Source: a bacterium
Lineage (GTDB): Bacteria; Patescibacteriota; Patescibacteriia; HK-STAS-PATE-3
NCBI GenBank assembly: GCA_043800725.1
Contig: JAZDMR010000011.1
Span: forward strand, 85,369 to 149,368
Reading direction: 5' to 3'
DNA length: 64,000 nucleotides
Both the position numbers and the translations under genes were made by a program. How positions within the stretch are numbered: position 1 is the stretch's first letter; the number at the start of each line of letters is the position of its first letter. The notes below the pieces were generated by a model. The model searched no databases and was not told the origin of the DNA. It saw only the letters and a program-made list of their open reading frames with translations. Positions 9,214 through 19,310 of this stretch are shown here, piece by piece.

Positions 9214-9480
9214 ATGAAGAAACTAGTCAATAATCTTAAAGCCTTAGGCAGCGATCGTCGTTTGTCGATTATTAAATATCTTAATAATAAACCACGAAAT
9301 CTTAGTGAAATTGCTATTTACCTCAAAGTCTGTATATCGACCGCTTCGTTTCATATTAGTAAATTAGTCAAAGAGGGATATGTAAATCCGGAAAGAAATG
9401 GTAAGTATACCTACTTTCTAGTTGATAAACAGTTAAAAAAATCGAAATTTATCAAGCACGTTATTAAAAGTTCAGATTAA
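9214..9480 (+). CDS. ArsR/SmtB family transcriptional regulator
   Basis: LKALGSDRRLSII..STASFHISKLVKEGYV..ERNGK.TYF winged helix. Confidence 0.85.
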   Translation: MKKLVNNLKALGSDRRLSIIKYLNNKPRNLSEIAIYLKVCISTASFHISKLVKEGYVNPERNGKYTYFLVDKQLKKSKFIKHVIKSSD

Positions 9481-9488
9481 AACAATTT

Positions 9489-9514
9489 GAGATTTCTCGA
9501 AATGTCGAAATGTT
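9489..9514 (+). repeat. 26-bp direct repeat, copy 2
   Basis: Identical to 9117-9142. Confidence 0.9.
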
Positions 9515-9597
9515 TAATAAATTTAATTTTACAAATAAGCATTCATCAGCATACTCCCTTTTATTCATCATTATAGTTAGCTATACTAACTTAGCTT

Positions 9598-11241
9598 ATG
9601 CAGACAATCAGTGAACAACTTAGCAGACAGCTCAACCGAAACGCCCTAGCGCTCTGGCCGGATTTAAAAGATCGGTTGCCGGAAGTTCAGGTGACTAGGC
9701 CGACGGAAAAAAGGCATGGTGATTATGCTTCGAATTTAGCCATGCAGCTGGCTCCGATATTAAAAGAGTCGCCCATGGCGATTGCCCAGACCTTAGTTAA
9801 TAAGGGCTTTAATTTGGCAAGCTTGGAAGAAGCGCTGGTGGCCCAGCCCGGCTTTATAAATTTTACCCTTAAGCGCAGCTGGCTAGCCAAGCAGCCAAAA
9901 AAGATCTTGGCTGAAGGAAATAAGTTTGGCAGCAATGACTTGGGCAGGAATGAGCGCTTGCACCTTGAGTTTATCTCAGCCAATCCCACCGGGCCCCTGC
10001 ATCTGGGCAATGGCCGAGGAGGTTTTTTCGGCGATATCCTGGGTAATGTTTTTTCGTTTTCAGGCTATCGCGTTCACAGAGAATATTATGTTAATGATAT
10101 TGGCAAGCAGGTGGAAATATTGGCTGAATCAATTATCAGGAGATATTTCCAGTCCCAAAGCATACCCATGGAGTATCCTGAATACTGCTACCAGGGGGAA
10201 TATATTATTGAGCTGGCCAAGAAACTGAAATTAGACGGAGTGAGCCTGAATAATATTGATCGAGCCAAGTTGCGGATAAAAAAACAAGCTCTCCGGGTTA
10301 TGCTGGGCGAAATTAAAACCTTTATCCGCCAGGGTTTAAAAATTAAATTTGATAGGTTTTTTCTAGAATCCGAAGTCCATGAAAAAAAGATGGTAGATCG
10401 CGTTATCAAGCTTTTACAAGATAAAAAATTAATCTATGAAAAGGACGAGGCGCTCTGGATGAAGACCAGCCAGTTTGGAGATGATAAAGATCGAGTCTTG
10501 CGCAAGAAAGGCGGCGAACAAACTTATTTCTTGTCAGATATTGCTTATCTTTATGATAAATTTTCAGTCCGCCGGTTTCCCAGGGCGATAATCTTATTAG
10601 GCGCAGACCATCACGGTTATGTAGATCGGATGCAGGCAACCATGAAAGCGCTGGTCTGGGAGGGCAGACTGGAGATTAAAATATTCCAGCTGGTTAAATT
10701 GATAAAAGAGGGAAGAGAAGTGAGAATGTCCAAGCGCGGCGGCAATTTTGTTACCTTGGAAGAGGTGGTTAGCGATGTCAGCTTAGACGTAGCTCGTTTT
10801 TTCTTTTTAATGGTGGGTATGAATACTCATATGGAGTTTGATCTGGATCTGGCCAAAGAAAAATCAGATAAAAATCCTGTTTACTATGTCCAGTATGCCC
10901 ATGCCAGGATTTGCAGTGTGATAAGAAACGCTCAACCACTGGTTAAGAAAAAGAAAGTTGAGGCCAAACTGCCCCTGGAAGAGCGCAGCGCTGACGATCT
11001 TATAAAAAAATTGTTGGAATTTCCGGAGATTGTATGCGAGGTTTCAAGTAGTTTCCAAGTGCATGAATTACCCGGCTATTCAATTGAGCTGGCCACGGCG
11101 TTTCATAATTTTTACACCAAAGTGAGAGTAATTAATCAGAACAAGGTTCATTTGGCAGCCTATGAACTGCTAGAAGCTACCAGACTGGTCTTGGAACAAT
11201 CCTTAAAGCTAATGGGAGTTTCGGCTCCTGAAAAAATGTGA
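9598..11241 (+). CDS. argS: Arginine--tRNA ligase
   Basis: HGDYASN, SANPTGPLHLGN, GADHHGY, RMSKR, YYVQYAHARI. Confidence 0.97.
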   Translation: MQTISEQLSRQLNRNALALWPDLKDRLPEVQVTRPTEKRHGDYASNLAMQLAPILKESPMAIAQTLVNKGFNLASLEEALVAQPGFINFTLKRSWLAKQPKKILAEGNKFGSNDLGRNERLHLEFISANPTGPLHLGNGRGGFFGDILGNVFSFSGYRVHREYYVNDIGKQVEILAESIIRRYFQSQSIPMEYPEYCYQGEYIIELAKKLKLDGVSLNNIDRAKLRIKKQALRVMLGEIKTFIRQGLKIKFDRFFLESEVHEKKMVDRVIKLLQDKKLIYEKDEALWMKTSQFGDDKDRVLRKKGGEQTYFLSDIAYLYDKFSVRRFPRAIILLGADHHGYVDRMQATMKALVWEGRLEIKIFQLVKLIKEGREVRMSKRGGNFVTLEEVVSDVSLDVARFFFLMVGMNTHMEFDLDLAKEKSDKNPVYYVQYAHARICSVIRNAQPLVKKKKVEAKLPLEERSADDLIKKLLEFPEIVCEVSSSFQVHELPGYSIELATAFHNFYTKVRVINQNKVHLAAYELLEATRLVLEQSLKLMGVSAPEKM

Positions 11242-11339
11242 AAATAATTACTAATTACGATTACTAATTAGTAAAAAAACAAAACCAGTCGAGATAGTTC
11301 TTAATTCGTAATTAATAATCAGTAACCAGTATTTAACTT

Positions 11340-12494
11340 ATGCGGATTGGAATTGACTGTCGGACAATTTTGAATCCTTCGTCAGGAGAGGGAGCGGGAG
11401 TGGGACACTACACTTATTATTTGGTTAATAATCTGCTTAAGGTTGACCAGAAAAACGACTACGTACTTTTTTTCGACTCGGCCATGAAAGATACCAGCCT
11501 ATATCACCGGGAAAATTCTTACCCTCGTTATTTTCCATTTTCCCAGTATCGCCGCTTTTTGCCGTTTACTTATTCGCATATCCTTATTTCCGGCGCGATA
11601 AATAAAGAGAATTTGGATTTATATCATGCACCGGCCAACACCATCCCCTTAGGCTATAACAGGCCGTCAGTAGTCACGGTCCACGATCTGGCTATTTATC
11701 AGAATCCCAGCTGGTTTCCGTCCCAGGTTTTTTCCACGCGCTTGCTGGTGCCCAAGACGCTGCGGCGGGCGCGTTCGATAATCGCCGTATCAGAAAGCAC
11801 GGCTGAAGATTTACGGGAACTTTTCAATGTTCCGAATGACAAGCTGGAAGTTATTTATGAAGGAGTGGATATTATTCCGAACGAGAACGAAGAAGTTATT
11901 GACGTTAAGAAAAAATATAATTTACCGGACAAGTACTTATGCTTCGTAGGTACGCTGGAGCCGCGCAAGAATTTGATTCGTTTAATTCAAGCCTACGCAG
12001 ACTTGAAGGCCAAAGATGATCGCTTGTCCGACATACCGATTATCCTGGCCGGAAGAAAAGGCTGGCAAGCGGAAGATATTTTCAAAACAATTGCAGAACT
12101 GAAGCTTGGTAAAAGCATTAGAGACATCGGCTATGTAACCAAAAATGAAAAACTAGATCTGATAAAGCAAGCCGCGGCTTTTGTCTTCCCATCTTCCTAT
12201 GAAGGCTTTGGCTTACCTGTACTCGAAGCCATGGCCCTGGGCACTCCGGTGTTGACCAGCAACTTGTCCTCTTTACCGGAAATTGCCGGCAACGCCGCTT
12301 ATCAGATTAATCCGGAAGATACTTATGCCATTGCCGAGGGCCTGCAGCAGATTTTGTTTAATGACGAGCTAAGAAAAAAGCTGAGAGAAAAAGGCCCCAT
12401 CCAAGCCAAGAAGTTTACCTGGGAAAAAGTGGCCCTGAGAACCATAGCGCTGTATGAAAAGGCTGGCCAGCGCATAAAGAGTTACTCGATATAA
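11340..12494 (+). CDS. Glycosyltransferase family 4 (GT-B)
   Basis: VGTLEPRKN, FPSSYEGFGLPVLEAMALGTPV. Confidence 0.93.
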   Translation: MRIGIDCRTILNPSSGEGAGVGHYTYYLVNNLLKVDQKNDYVLFFDSAMKDTSLYHRENSYPRYFPFSQYRRFLPFTYSHILISGAINKENLDLYHAPANTIPLGYNRPSVVTVHDLAIYQNPSWFPSQVFSTRLLVPKTLRRARSIIAVSESTAEDLRELFNVPNDKLEVIYEGVDIIPNENEEVIDVKKKYNLPDKYLCFVGTLEPRKNLIRLIQAYADLKAKDDRLSDIPIILAGRKGWQAEDIFKTIAELKLGKSIRDIGYVTKNEKLDLIKQAAAFVFPSSYEGFGLPVLEAMALGTPVLTSNLSSLPEIAGNAAYQINPEDTYAIAEGLQQILFNDELRKKLREKGPIQAKKFTWEKVALRTIALYEKAGQRIKSYSI

Positions 12495-12558
12495 GATATA
12501 AACAGCAATTAGTTTTCAACCGAAGTGGAGAAACCTAATTGTGGTTTCAAATACCAAT

Positions 12559-12656
12559 CCGCACCGTCATCCTGAACTTGATTCAGGATCTCCAATTGGC
12601 ATTTGTGCAAAATGGAGATCCTTCGCGTTGCTCAGGAATACGTGTAACGGCGCGGA
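12559..12656. repeat. REP/MITE-like palindromic element
   Basis: GTCATCCTGAACTTGATTCAGGATCTCC...GGAGATCCTTCGCGTTGCTCAGGA enclosed by CCGCACCGT/ACGGCGCGG. Confidence 0.6.
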
Positions 12657-12719
12657 TGCTATTACTGGAACAATCAGCTATCCCGTGGTAAGTTGTAGTT
12701 TGTAATCTTATTCATATTA

Positions 12720-15644
12720 TTGTCTACTGTGTCGAATTTACCCCAACTAGAAGAGCAAGTTCTTAAGCGCTGGAAGCAGGATAAAATATTCCAAAAAACC
12801 CTGGAAAAGACCAAGAAAGGTAAGCGTTTTGTGTTTTTTGAAGGGCCGCCGACCGCTAATGGTCAGCCTGGCATTCACCATGTCTTGGCCCGGGCCTTTA
12901 AAGATGTTATTCCGCGCTTCAAAACCATGCAGGGCTATTTTGTGGAGCGCAAAGCCGGCTGGGACACTCAAGGTTTGCCGGTTGAGTTAGCCGTGGAAAA
13001 GCAGATCGGCGTGTCCGGCAAGCAAGACATTGAAAAGTACGGCGTGGCCAAGTTTAATGAGGCCAGCAAAAAAAGCGTTTGGCAGTACAAAGAAGACTGG
13101 GAAAAATTAACAGAACGAATCGGGTTTTGGCTGGACATGGATAATCCTTACATTACTTATGAAAATGATTACATAGAATCGCTCTGGTGGATTTTCAAGC
13201 AAGCCTGGGATAAAAAATTACTGATCCAGGGACACAAAGTAGTGCCTCATTGCCCGCGCTGTGAAACAGCCTTGTCCTCCCATGAAGTTGCCCAGGGTTA
13301 TGAAAAAGTTAATGAGAATTCTGTTTATGTGAAATTTGAGTTAGTTGACGAACCAAATACGTTCGTATTGTCATGGACAACAACACCTTGGACTTTGCCA
13401 GGCAATCTTGCCTTGGCAGTGGGAAGTCACATCAAATATGTCAAAACGCCGAAAAATAATAAAGGTGAACAATATATTATAGCAATGGATCTTGCGAATC
13501 AAGTGTTAAAAGATGAAGAAAAACTTTCGGGTTTTAAAAGTAGAGGTGGGGATCCTATACAAATAATTAGTAGTGACCATCTAGTAGGTAAAAAATACAA
13601 ACCTTTATTTGAAATTGAAGAATTTAAAGATAACGACGCTGTTTATCAAATTTATAAGGCTGACTTTGTAACCACAGACGAAGGAACCGGCGTGGTTCAC
13701 ACAGCGGTCATGTACGGCGAGGATGACTATAACTTGGGCACCAAGGTTGGCCTGCCCAAGCATCACACAGTCGACGAAGCTGGCAAGTTCACGGATGACG
13801 TACCAGGCTTGGCCGGCCAGTTCGTGAAAAGTAAAAAGACTGAAGCTGGTATTGTTGAATTTCTTAAAGAAAAAGGTCTCATATATAAGGAACAAATGAA
13901 CGAGCATGACTATCCTTTTTGCTGGCGCTGTCATACTCCGCTATTGTACTATGCCAAAAATTCGTGGTTCTTGAAGATGTCGGCTTTGCGCGAGCAGTTG
14001 ATCAAGAATAATGAGCAGATCAACTGGGTGCCTGACTATATCAAGGATGGTCGGTTTGGCGAATGGCTAAGCGAGGTCAAAGATTGGGCCATATCCCGCG
14101 AACGCTACTGGGGCACGCCCATTCCTGTTTGGGAATGCGACAAATGCGACCAGAAGACCTGCATAGGTTCGTTTGAGGAATTAGCCAAGCAAACTGGCAA
14201 GAAGCTGCCTAAAGACTTTGATCCGCACAAACCGTTCATTGATGACTACACGATTACCTGCGACCAGTGCGGCGGCCTGATGAAGCGCATACCCGAGGTA
14301 GCAGACACTTGGTTTGATTCCGGCTCCATGCCTTTTGCGCAGTGGCATTATCCATTTGAGAACAAGGAGCGCATAGATAAGGGAGTTAGCTTTCCGGCTG
14401 ATTATATTGCCGAGGCCATTGATCAGACCCGAGGCTGGTTTTACACGCTTTTAGCAGTTTCCACAATTCTGGGCCATAAAGAACCGCCTTATAAAAACGT
14501 GATTTGCCTGGCGCATATCCTGGATACCAAAGGTAAAAAGATGAGTAAGCATATTGGCAATGTGGTCAACCCTTGGGAAGTTATTAACGAGTATGGCGCG
14601 GATGCTTTACGCTTTCAATTCTTTAGCATGAACCAGCCGGGCGATATTAAATTATTCGACAAAAAAGGCACCAGCGAGGTCGTAAAAAAAGTTTTCTTAA
14701 TGCTGTCCAACATTGTGTCTTTTTATAACCTACATGAAGGCAAGACGAACAAAGATCCCAAGAAGTCAGACAACATTCTCGATTTATGGGTGTTAATTAA
14801 AACTGAACTATTAACTCAGCGCGTTACCAAGCACTTGGAAGAATACAACATCACCAGTGCCAGCCGGCAGATCGCTGACTTTATCACAGAATTATCAACC
14901 TGGTATGTTCGCCGCAGCCGCGCTCGTTTCCGTAACCCAGGCGAAGATCAGGAATATGCTCAAGCCACTTTGCAGTATGTTTTACAGCGCGTAACTGTTT
15001 TACTAGCACCCTTTACGCCCATGCTGGCAGATTCGTTTTATCAGCAAACCGGTGGCCAGTTAGACAGCGTGCACTTGGAAGACTGGCCAGAAGCCAAGAT
15101 CAGCCAGGAAGCAGAATCAGTGACCGAAAATATGGACCAGGCACGCGCCATTGTTGAGCTGTCTCATGCCATCAGAGCCGAGGCCGGCATAAAAGTTCGC
15201 CAACCCTTAGGCCAGCTGGCAGTCAAGGGCAAGGCCATTAATAAAGTCTACTTAACGTTAGTTCAAGATGAGCTAAATGTCCACGAAGTAGTCTTTGCCC
15301 AAAAGTTACCGGATGAAAAAGAATGGCAGACCAAAGCTGACAAAGGTTATGAAATAGCCTTAGACACCACTATCACAGATGAACTGCGAGAGGCTGGCTG
15401 GGTTCGGGAATTAGTTCGTACTATTAATGACGAGCGTAAAAAGCTGGGCCTTCAGCGATCTGATCATGTTAATCTACAATACCAGTCAGATGACAAAGAA
15501 ATGCAGGGCTTATTCGATCGCTATGCTAAAGAGTTAAAAACAGCTGTAATTGCTGACGATATTGCCAAGGTTGATAAGCTGGAGCAGGGTAAAGAGGTAA
15601 AACTTGATAAGCATATAGTCCGTTTACAGGTAGTTATTAAATAA
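12720..15644 (+). CDS. ileS: Isoleucine--tRNA ligase (type 2)
   Basis: FEGPPTANGQPGIHH, GWDTQGLPVE, WTTTPWTLP, DWAISRERYWG, KMSKH. Confidence 0.97.
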   Translation: MSTVSNLPQLEEQVLKRWKQDKIFQKTLEKTKKGKRFVFFEGPPTANGQPGIHHVLARAFKDVIPRFKTMQGYFVERKAGWDTQGLPVELAVEKQIGVSGKQDIEKYGVAKFNEASKKSVWQYKEDWEKLTERIGFWLDMDNPYITYENDYIESLWWIFKQAWDKKLLIQGHKVVPHCPRCETALSSHEVAQGYEKVNENSVYVKFELVDEPNTFVLSWTTTPWTLPGNLALAVGSHIKYVKTPKNNKGEQYIIAMDLANQVLKDEEKLSGFKSRGGDPIQIISSDHLVGKKYKPLFEIEEFKDNDAVYQIYKADFVTTDEGTGVVHTAVMYGEDDYNLGTKVGLPKHHTVDEAGKFTDDVPGLAGQFVKSKKTEAGIVEFLKEKGLIYKEQMNEHDYPFCWRCHTPLLYYAKNSWFLKMSALREQLIKNNEQINWVPDYIKDGRFGEWLSEVKDWAISRERYWGTPIPVWECDKCDQKTCIGSFEELAKQTGKKLPKDFDPHKPFIDDYTITCDQCGGLMKRIPEVADTWFDSGSMPFAQWHYPFENKERIDKGVSFPADYIAEAIDQTRGWFYTLLAVSTILGHKEPPYKNVICLAHILDTKGKKMSKHIGNVVNPWEVINEYGADALRFQFFSMNQPGDIKLFDKKGTSEVVKKVFLMLSNIVSFYNLHEGKTNKDPKKSDNILDLWVLIKTELLTQRVTKHLEEYNITSASRQIADFITELSTWYVRRSRARFRNPGEDQEYAQATLQYVLQRVTVLLAPFTPMLADSFYQQTGGQLDSVHLEDWPEAKISQEAESVTENMDQARAIVELSHAIRAEAGIKVRQPLGQLAVKGKAINKVYLTLVQDELNVHEVVFAQKLPDEKEWQTKADKGYEIALDTTITDELREAGWVRELVRTINDERKKLGLQRSDHVNLQYQSDDKEMQGLFDRYAKELKTAVIADDIAKVDKLEQGKEVKLDKHIVRLQVVIK

Positions 15645-15645
15645 C

Positions 15646-15939
15646 ATGTCAATTAAATTAAATCCAATTCGTGTAATAAAGAATGATGATAGGGGGATAA
15701 TTTATGATTGCGGAGAATCGAAGTTTATTGCCCGAGAGAAAGATACGATTTCTGCTGATCATAGTCATCCAGATCCAGAAGTATGCTATTTAGTGAAAGG
15801 TGAAATTGAGCTTACAATTGGTGATGAAACCCAGGTTGTCAAAGCCCCAGTCAGGTTTGAATCAGGTCCTAATGAATATCATAAGTTAGTTGCTCTGACT
15901 GATATTGAGTTGGTGATTGAACGTAAGGGAGAAGTATAG
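15646..15939 (+). CDS. Cupin domain protein
   Basis: HSHPDPEVCYLVKGEIELTIG..PNEYHKL. Confidence 0.8.
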   Translation: MSIKLNPIRVIKNDDRGIIYDCGESKFIAREKDTISADHSHPDPEVCYLVKGEIELTIGDETQVVKAPVRFESGPNEYHKLVALTDIELVIERKGEV

Positions 15940-15994
15940 TGAAGTTAGGGGATCATGTGGTAAGATTGGCCATAAAGAAATAAGCACATTCACA

Positions 15995-16587
15995 GCAAAA
16001 TAAGCTTGGGGGATGTTTATATGTTCACAGTTCAGACTATTTGACGTATAGTTTTTCACCTGAACAAGGAGGCAAGAAATGGAATGTTTCACCTACCCGA
16101 TAGTAGGCGGAGACACTGATCCAGAGAAATGGACAAAGGCATTGGTGTCGCCAATAGTCCTTGGTAAGGGTCATCCGCCAATGGTTTTACAGACATTGGT
16201 TTCACTCACAGTGCTTGGGCAAAGGATATTTCCAGGATCATATCCCTTGGTTCCCGTACCGAAAACTGATCCGCCAAATGCTGAAGACGCCACCCATCAC
16301 GAGATCGAGATTGAAGTCGGCGAACTTATGCGCGTCAGTGGTCCGAGTGAAGAAGCGCCTAAAATCGCACTGGGGCTCCGATTTAGAGGGGTGGTCAGTA
16401 CCGAAGCAGCCACAAAGCTCCTACCCCCAGATGCCCCAAAGATTGGGGGTCCGTATGTCTGTGTTTGGGGCGTATTCACTTTTGGAGGAGAGGGCACGCA
16501 AATCATTCACTTCGAAACATAATTAGGAGGGGACGAACGCGAACACCGGGGAAGACAAATCTTCCCCATCCCCCAAGCTTATTTTGC
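15995..16587. repeat. Unit 1 bounded by perfect 21-bp inverted repeats
   Basis: GCAAAATAAGCTTGGGGGATG at 15995-16015 and its reverse complement at 16567-16587. Confidence 0.9.
16079..16522 (+). CDS. Hypothetical protein (paralog of 19948..20412)
   Basis: AAGGAGG RBS; shared motifs TY..IGG.T..E.W.KAL.SP, SLTV, GPSE, LRF.G, VCVWGV.T.G. Confidence 0.8.
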   Translation: MECFTYPIVGGDTDPEKWTKALVSPIVLGKGHPPMVLQTLVSLTVLGQRIFPGSYPLVPVPKTDPPNAEDATHHEIEIEVGELMRVSGPSEEAPKIALGLRFRGVVSTEAATKLLPPDAPKIGGPYVCVWGVFTFGGEGTQIIHFET

Positions 16588-16607
16588 ATTAATGCTATTA
16601 TCAGCAC

Positions 16608-16673
16608 ATGTCCCAAACAGCTGAAACACAAGCCATCATCTTAGGGCGCCGGTCCATGAAAGAGTATGATCGG
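16608..16673 (+). pseudogene. recO 5' fragment
   Basis: MSQTAETQAIILGRRSMKEYDR nearly identical to the RecO N-terminus at 21642; truncated at an attC-like site. Confidence 0.85.
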
Positions 16674-16740
16674 ACAACAGCGTATATATGCTATCCAGAC
16701 CTCACGTCGGGACGGCGCACGATACGCCGAAACGTTGAGC
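16674..16740 (+). mobile_element. Integron attC-like site (5'-truncated)
   Basis: ACAACAGCGTATAT...TCCAGACCTCACGTCGGGA...ATACGCCGAAACGTTGAGC; near copy of 19311-19380. Confidence 0.6.
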
Positions 16741-16912
16741 TTGACAAAATGGAGGGAGTAGTAATACGATTAAAAATTAGATCTTTTACAAAAAACTACA
16801 AGTCCTATTTATTTTGTTGCTCTTTTGGGTCAATAAAGTTAAATGAAAATTCATCATGAATTTTCAACCCAGGCGGTAATAAAAGATTATAGGCAAGAAA
16901 GGAGAAAAACCC

Positions 16913-17032
16913 ATGAAGAACTCCAAGGTCGTGCAGCAAACCCCTAAGGTTTCGCTGAAAGCAACCAAGGTCAATGTCCGGAAGACCGGCATGAACTCTG
17001 GCATCACGGGCGGCGGCTACCAATGTTGCTGA
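16913..17032 (+). CDS. Putative RiPP precursor, 39 aa: MKNSKVVQQTPKVSLKATKVNVRKTGMNSGITGGGYQCC
   Basis: AGAAAGGAG RBS; directly upstream of an RRE-rSAM/SPASM gene; hairpin follows. Confidence 0.8.
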   Translation: MKNSKVVQQTPKVSLKATKVNVRKTGMNSGITGGGYQCC

Positions 17033-17044
17033 ACCGATGAACCG

Positions 17045-17089
17045 ACGTGGCATATAACGGCTCCGGTCGCTATATGCCACGCCATTTTT
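17045..17089 (+). terminator. Hairpin between precursor and rSAM gene
   Basis: CGTGGCATATA...TATATGCCACG followed by CCATTTTT. Confidence 0.6.
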
Positions 17090-17106
17090 CTTTACAGGAG
17101 GAAGTC

Positions 17107-18453
17107 ATGTCTCAAACGTATGTGCAGTTGACCGAACGTGCGATCTTTAAATCCCGCTATTATAAATGGTATCTCATTGATACCTCGCGGCGAGAGCGGG
17201 AACGCATCCTCATTGAGGGCGGTGCTGAACGGGTTTTACTTTTTCTCTTTGAAGGAAACACAATTGAGGTGGCGTGTGCTAGATTCGGGCTTGGGCGTGA
17301 CGATTTAGAGGAGTTCCTAAGGAATCTTCAAAACGAAAACGTTATCGCCATGAGCAATATCCCCGTAGTCTCAGCGACAAAGTGTCATGAAATCGAACCA
17401 CCGCTTGATAGTGTCAATGTGTTACTTACCAATACCTGCAACCTCCGGTGCGCACACTGCTACGTTTCTAGTGGAAAACCGATGACTGGTGAGCTTGATG
17501 GGGGTACCTGGATCAGAGTCTTACAGGAAGCAAGACGACTTGGAGTTTTCGAGCTTAATGTCTCAGGTGGTGAGCCGACATTGCATAGCGATTTTGTGAG
17601 AATTGCTGAATACATTGCGTCCGTGCCCACTTTCAATGCTAACCTAAATACCAATGGGGTATTACTGTGTCCCGAACACGAAGATGTAATAGCACGCGCC
17701 TTCACAAGTATTCAGGTAAGCCTCGACGATGCGGTGGCGGAAAAACACGATGCTTTCCGTGGATGCAAAGGTAGCTTCAGACGATCAATTGAAACAATCT
17801 CACGGCTCGTCGCTCGCGAGGCAGAGGTAAACATTGGTTTTACACTGACTCGCGAGAATCTCAACGCACTCAATGGGGTGGTTGAGCTCGCTGAACAGCT
17901 TGGTGCTACGGTTCTTAACATTGGGCTCGTGGCTAACATCGGGAGAGCAAACATTAATGCGCTTGTTCAGCCGATAGGCCCTTCTTCGGTACCCGAGGAT
18001 TCTTTTATAGAGCGAATGTATGAAAAGATGAAAGAGCTTGCTGTGCGATCCTTACGTGTGCGACTACTTTTACCTTTCCGGGTTCCAGGTAATGATGCTT
18101 TAATAGAACCACGAGAAAAGCGTTTTATCTGCGATGGTGATAACACTCAAATCCTTTACATCATGGCTAATGGAAGCACGATGCCATGTGACAAGTTACC
18201 AATCGAATCCTTCTCGTACGGTAACATTAAGGAGCACTCACTCCTAGATTTGTGGACATCACAACGGATGCAGGCGTTCAAACTAATGGGTTTGCGGCAG
18301 CTACCCAAATGCCGTGACTGTCATTATCTTGATATCTGTGGGGGTGCATGTGTGGCACGCGCATACCAAATGGGCGGATCACTTAAGTCTCCCGACTGGA
18401 CTTCATGCATGATTGCACAAAAGTTCTCTCAAGACAACACGGCGCAGGAGTAA
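17107..18453 (+). CDS. Radical SAM/SPASM peptide maturase with N-terminal PqqD-like RRE
   Basis: CNLRCAHC, SGGEP, SPASM cysteines (CDGD..MPCD..CRDC..ICGGAC..C); ATG 17107 after AGGAGG. Confidence 0.9.
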   Translation: MSQTYVQLTERAIFKSRYYKWYLIDTSRRERERILIEGGAERVLLFLFEGNTIEVACARFGLGRDDLEEFLRNLQNENVIAMSNIPVVSATKCHEIEPPLDSVNVLLTNTCNLRCAHCYVSSGKPMTGELDGGTWIRVLQEARRLGVFELNVSGGEPTLHSDFVRIAEYIASVPTFNANLNTNGVLLCPEHEDVIARAFTSIQVSLDDAVAEKHDAFRGCKGSFRRSIETISRLVAREAEVNIGFTLTRENLNALNGVVELAEQLGATVLNIGLVANIGRANINALVQPIGPSSVPEDSFIERMYEKMKELAVRSLRVRLLLPFRVPGNDALIEPREKRFICDGDNTQILYIMANGSTMPCDKLPIESFSYGNIKEHSLLDLWTSQRMQAFKLMGLRQLPKCRDCHYLDICGGACVARAYQMGGSLKSPDWTSCMIAQKFSQDNTAQE

Positions 18454-18478
18454 TAATACATCACTCCTGCGCCTTTTT
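18441..18478 (+). terminator. Intrinsic terminator
   Basis: GGCGCAGGAGT...ACTCCTGCGCC followed by TTTTT. Confidence 0.7.
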
Positions 18479-18514
18479 ATTTGTGTTATAATGATTTAAA
18501 ATAACTTTAAAAGT

Positions 18515-19273
18515 ATGAAAAAACAACATTGGTGGAAAACAGCATTTAGCGAAACGTATCTCGCTGCGTTTAATGATATATATTCAGTACAGCGAGGAGA
18601 GAAAGAGGTGACGTTTCTTATTCGGGCGCTACGAATGAAGAAAGGTGCCCATATTCTTGATCTTGCTTGTGGGCAAGGCAGACACGCTATTCCACTTGCA
18701 CAACGTGGGATGCAGGTGACTGGTGTGGACGCCTCGGCATCTTTACTGCACGCGGCAAGGCAACGAGCGCGAACAGCGAGAGTGAGTGTATCTTTTGTGA
18801 GAGGAGATATGCGTACTTATCACAATGCCAAGAAGTACGATGCGGTACTCGTTCTCGGCAATTCATTCGGTTATTTTAATGATAAAGATAATAAAAGAGT
18901 GTTGTCTAACATTGCCACTTCCCTGAAAACTGGTGGTTGGCTTGTGTTAGATCTTTCAAATACGCCCGGTATGCTCCGACGGCAGGTTACTGGCGAATGG
19001 ACACAAAGGATTCCGAACGGAAAGTTAACAACACGCACGCTTAACTTTAATCCGGAAACGTTTCAGATAACATTACAATGGTGCATTTGGCAACATAAAA
19101 GAAAAACTTCATTCGATGGTATGTTGCGTTTGTATACGCCGCCAGAAATAAATCATCTGCTTATCGAACGAAATCTGATTCTTAAAAAGTCCTATGATTC
19201 CTTTGAAAATAAACCATTTAATATAAAATCAAGTCGTTATTTAATAGTTGCACAAAAAAATAGTCCCAAATAG
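18515..19273 (+). CDS. Class I SAM-dependent methyltransferase
   Basis: ILDLACGQGRH, VTGVDAS, GDMR, NSFGYF, LKTGGWLVLD. Confidence 0.92.
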   Translation: MKKQHWWKTAFSETYLAAFNDIYSVQRGEKEVTFLIRALRMKKGAHILDLACGQGRHAIPLAQRGMQVTGVDASASLLHAARQRARTARVSVSFVRGDMRTYHNAKKYDAVLVLGNSFGYFNDKDNKRVLSNIATSLKTGGWLVLDLSNTPGMLRRQVTGEWTQRIPNGKLTTRTLNFNPETFQITLQWCIWQHKRKTSFDGMLRLYTPPEINHLLIERNLILKKSYDSFENKPFNIKSSRYLIVAQKNSPK

Positions 19274-19310
19274 TTATCCTGACGAAGGCAGGACAAAAGC
19301 TTTTAATTAC

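Noticed and set aside
16608-16859. 83-aa ORF as a real gene
   Set aside because: Chimera of a recO 5' fragment, the attC-like site and promoter DNA
17030-17131. Selenocysteine read-through of the precursor TGA using the downstream hairpin as SECIS
   Set aside because: The hairpin is followed by a T run and fits a terminator or stabiliser; no sel genes in view; cannot be supported
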